Assembly: GCA_030141605.1 (NCBI GenBank)
Contig: JAQGDQ010001399.1
Span: forward strand, 1 to 23,410
Length of the DNA: 23,410 bases
DNA from: Tubiluchus corallicola
Taxonomy: Eukaryota; Animalia; Priapulida
Direction: 5' to 3'
This document shows, piece by piece, positions 21,622-23,410 of this stretch. The first letter of the stretch is position 1. Each line of letters opens with the position of its first letter. The position numbers and the translations under genes were made by a program. The notes beneath the pieces were generated by a model. That model saw nothing but the letters and a program-made list of their open reading frames with translations, ran no database searches and was not told where the DNA came from.

Positions 21622-23410
21622 TTCTTTAATAGAACTCTCTATAATGACCGTATTAAACGCAAATTTGCTTCTGACTTGGATAATTCTGATTGGAAGGATG
21701 TATATACTACATCCGACACACAAGAAGCGTATAATTTATTTCTAGATAATTTCAAATGATGTACAATAACAATATAACTATAATTAACAACAATAATATA
21801 AATCCTGGTGCCATTAAAAAGCCATGGATTACACCTGCCATTTTAAATAGCATTAAATGTAAAAATAAGTTGTATAATCAACTTCTCAAGAATAATATTA
21901 ATTATGATCCCACTATTCGTGAATACAAACAGTATCGTAATAGGTTAAACAACATAATAAAACTCTCTAAATTTAATTATTATCAAAACAAACTAGAACA
22001 AGTTAAAACTAACTTGAAGAAAACGTGGATTATTATGAAAGAAATTTTACAGTCAAATAGAAAATCTGGTTCATATACTCTGGTTCAAAATTAACAACAA
22101 ATTAATAACTGACAATAAATCTGTCGCTTGTGCTTTCAACGAGCATTTCTCACAGATTGATCAAAAATTACCTGCAGAAATTCCAAATACTGGTGTCAAC
22201 CCTAAAGTTTATCTTAAGGGTGATTATCAGTCTACTCTTTTCTTCAGTTCTGATACAATAAATGAATTAAAATCTACATGTAAATCTTTCAACCGTAATA
22301 AAGGGGCAGGCTTTGACAACATTCTCCCCAAAGTCATAATTGATTTAATTGATAACTTAGATGCTCCTTTAACACATATAATCAATTGCTCATCAACAAC
22401 AGGAAAATTACCTTATCAACTTAAAAAATCAGTAATTATGCCTGTGTTTAAGGCTAAAGACTCCTTAAATATTAATAACTATAGACCTATATCATTATTG
22501 CCTTTTTTCTCTAAAATATTAGAAAAAATAGTCCATAAAAGATTATTAGACGACTTGAAAATACATAATGTACTTTATAATCATCAGTATGGCTTTAGAA
22601 AGGGTATTTCTACACAGCTAGCCCTAATAAATATAATAAACAACGTAATTAATTCATTAGAACAAAACGCTGTTGCCATTGGCATTTTTTGCGATCTCTC
22701 TAAGGCCTTTGATAAAGTTAATCATGCTTTTCTGTTAGGTAAGTTATTCCACTATGGCATTAGAGGGTTCGCATACTCATGGTTTGCTAATTATCTCAAG
22801 GACCAAACTCAAGCAGTCAGATGTAACAATCTTTCCAACGAAGCAATAGTCACACATGGAGTACCCCAGGGATCTATTTTGGGACCTATGTTGTTTTTGA
22901 TATACAATTAATGACTTACAAAACTGTATTACTGACAATGGAAAGGTCTTCCAATTTGCTGATGACACAAGTATTTTTTTCAAGATCAACAGCAAGTTAC
23001 TTGATACTAACATTATTAATAGTGAACTCAGTAAAATTACAGCCCGTTTAAAATCAATAACTTAGTACTAAACTCAACTAAAACTAAATACATTTTATTC
23101 CGAGCTCGTAACAAACCTATAAATATGAACAGTATTATAAAAATTGATGGTAATGCTGTAGAACAAGTAAGCGAAATAAAGTTCCTAGGGGTTATGTTAA
23201 ATGAACACCTAGATTGGAAACCACACTTAAATATGATTCATTCTAAAGTTGCTAAAAACATCGGGTTAATCAGTCGAGTTAAACATTGTTTTACAAAAGA
23301 ACATCTTATCACACTTTATAATTGTCTAGTACTGCCATACTTGACCTACTGTAATATACTTTGGGGGCACACCTACCCTTCAACTCTAGTTAAACTAAAC
23401 TCTCTACAAC
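21622..23410 (+). mobile_element. CR1/L2-group LINE ORF2 reverse transcriptase, 5'-truncated, inactive, runs off window
   Basis: KKPWITPAILNSI, NYRPISLLPFFSKILEK, HQYGFRKG, IFCDLSKAFDKVNH, GVPQGSILGPMLFLIY, FADDT, KFLGV..NEHLDWKPH; frameshifts or stops near 21757, 22094, 22908 and 23050. Confidence 0.95.

Noticed and set aside
22438-22911. RT ORF as a retron, DGR or other functional RT system
   Set aside because: Motifs are those of an ordinary CR1/L2-group LINE, frameshifted before the catalytic FADD and lacking the endonuclease.

Overview
AT-rich eukaryotic DNA, most likely from an invertebrate animal genome; nothing here looks prokaryotic (no operons, rRNA, tRNA or CRISPR seen). Only two intact genes are supported. 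Both have a single coding exon, both encode type II membrane (Golgi-like) enzymes, and they point away from each other about 14 kb apart: a GT-A glycosyltransferase (5498..4497, minus) and an unusual signal-anchor + EGF-like + class I SAM methyltransferase (19709..20788, plus). Each has a CCGCCATTT (YY1-type) motif in sense orientation 320-380 bp upstream. Between them lies a three-copy, heavily decayed tandem cluster (about 11.3-17.8 kb) that reads through frameshifts as signal peptide + leucine-rich repeats with a weak TM/TIR-like end, i.e. probable Toll-like receptor pseudogenes that the ORF track does not reveal. The rest is transposon debris: a young foldback element with 591 bp of perfectly complementary arms, BEL/Pao integrase fragments, several LINEs (RTE-X-like, CR1/L2-like, I-group), an LTR-like element and small MITE-like pieces. 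All family assignments come from motif recognition by eye, not database searches, and pseudogene/TE boundaries are approximate.
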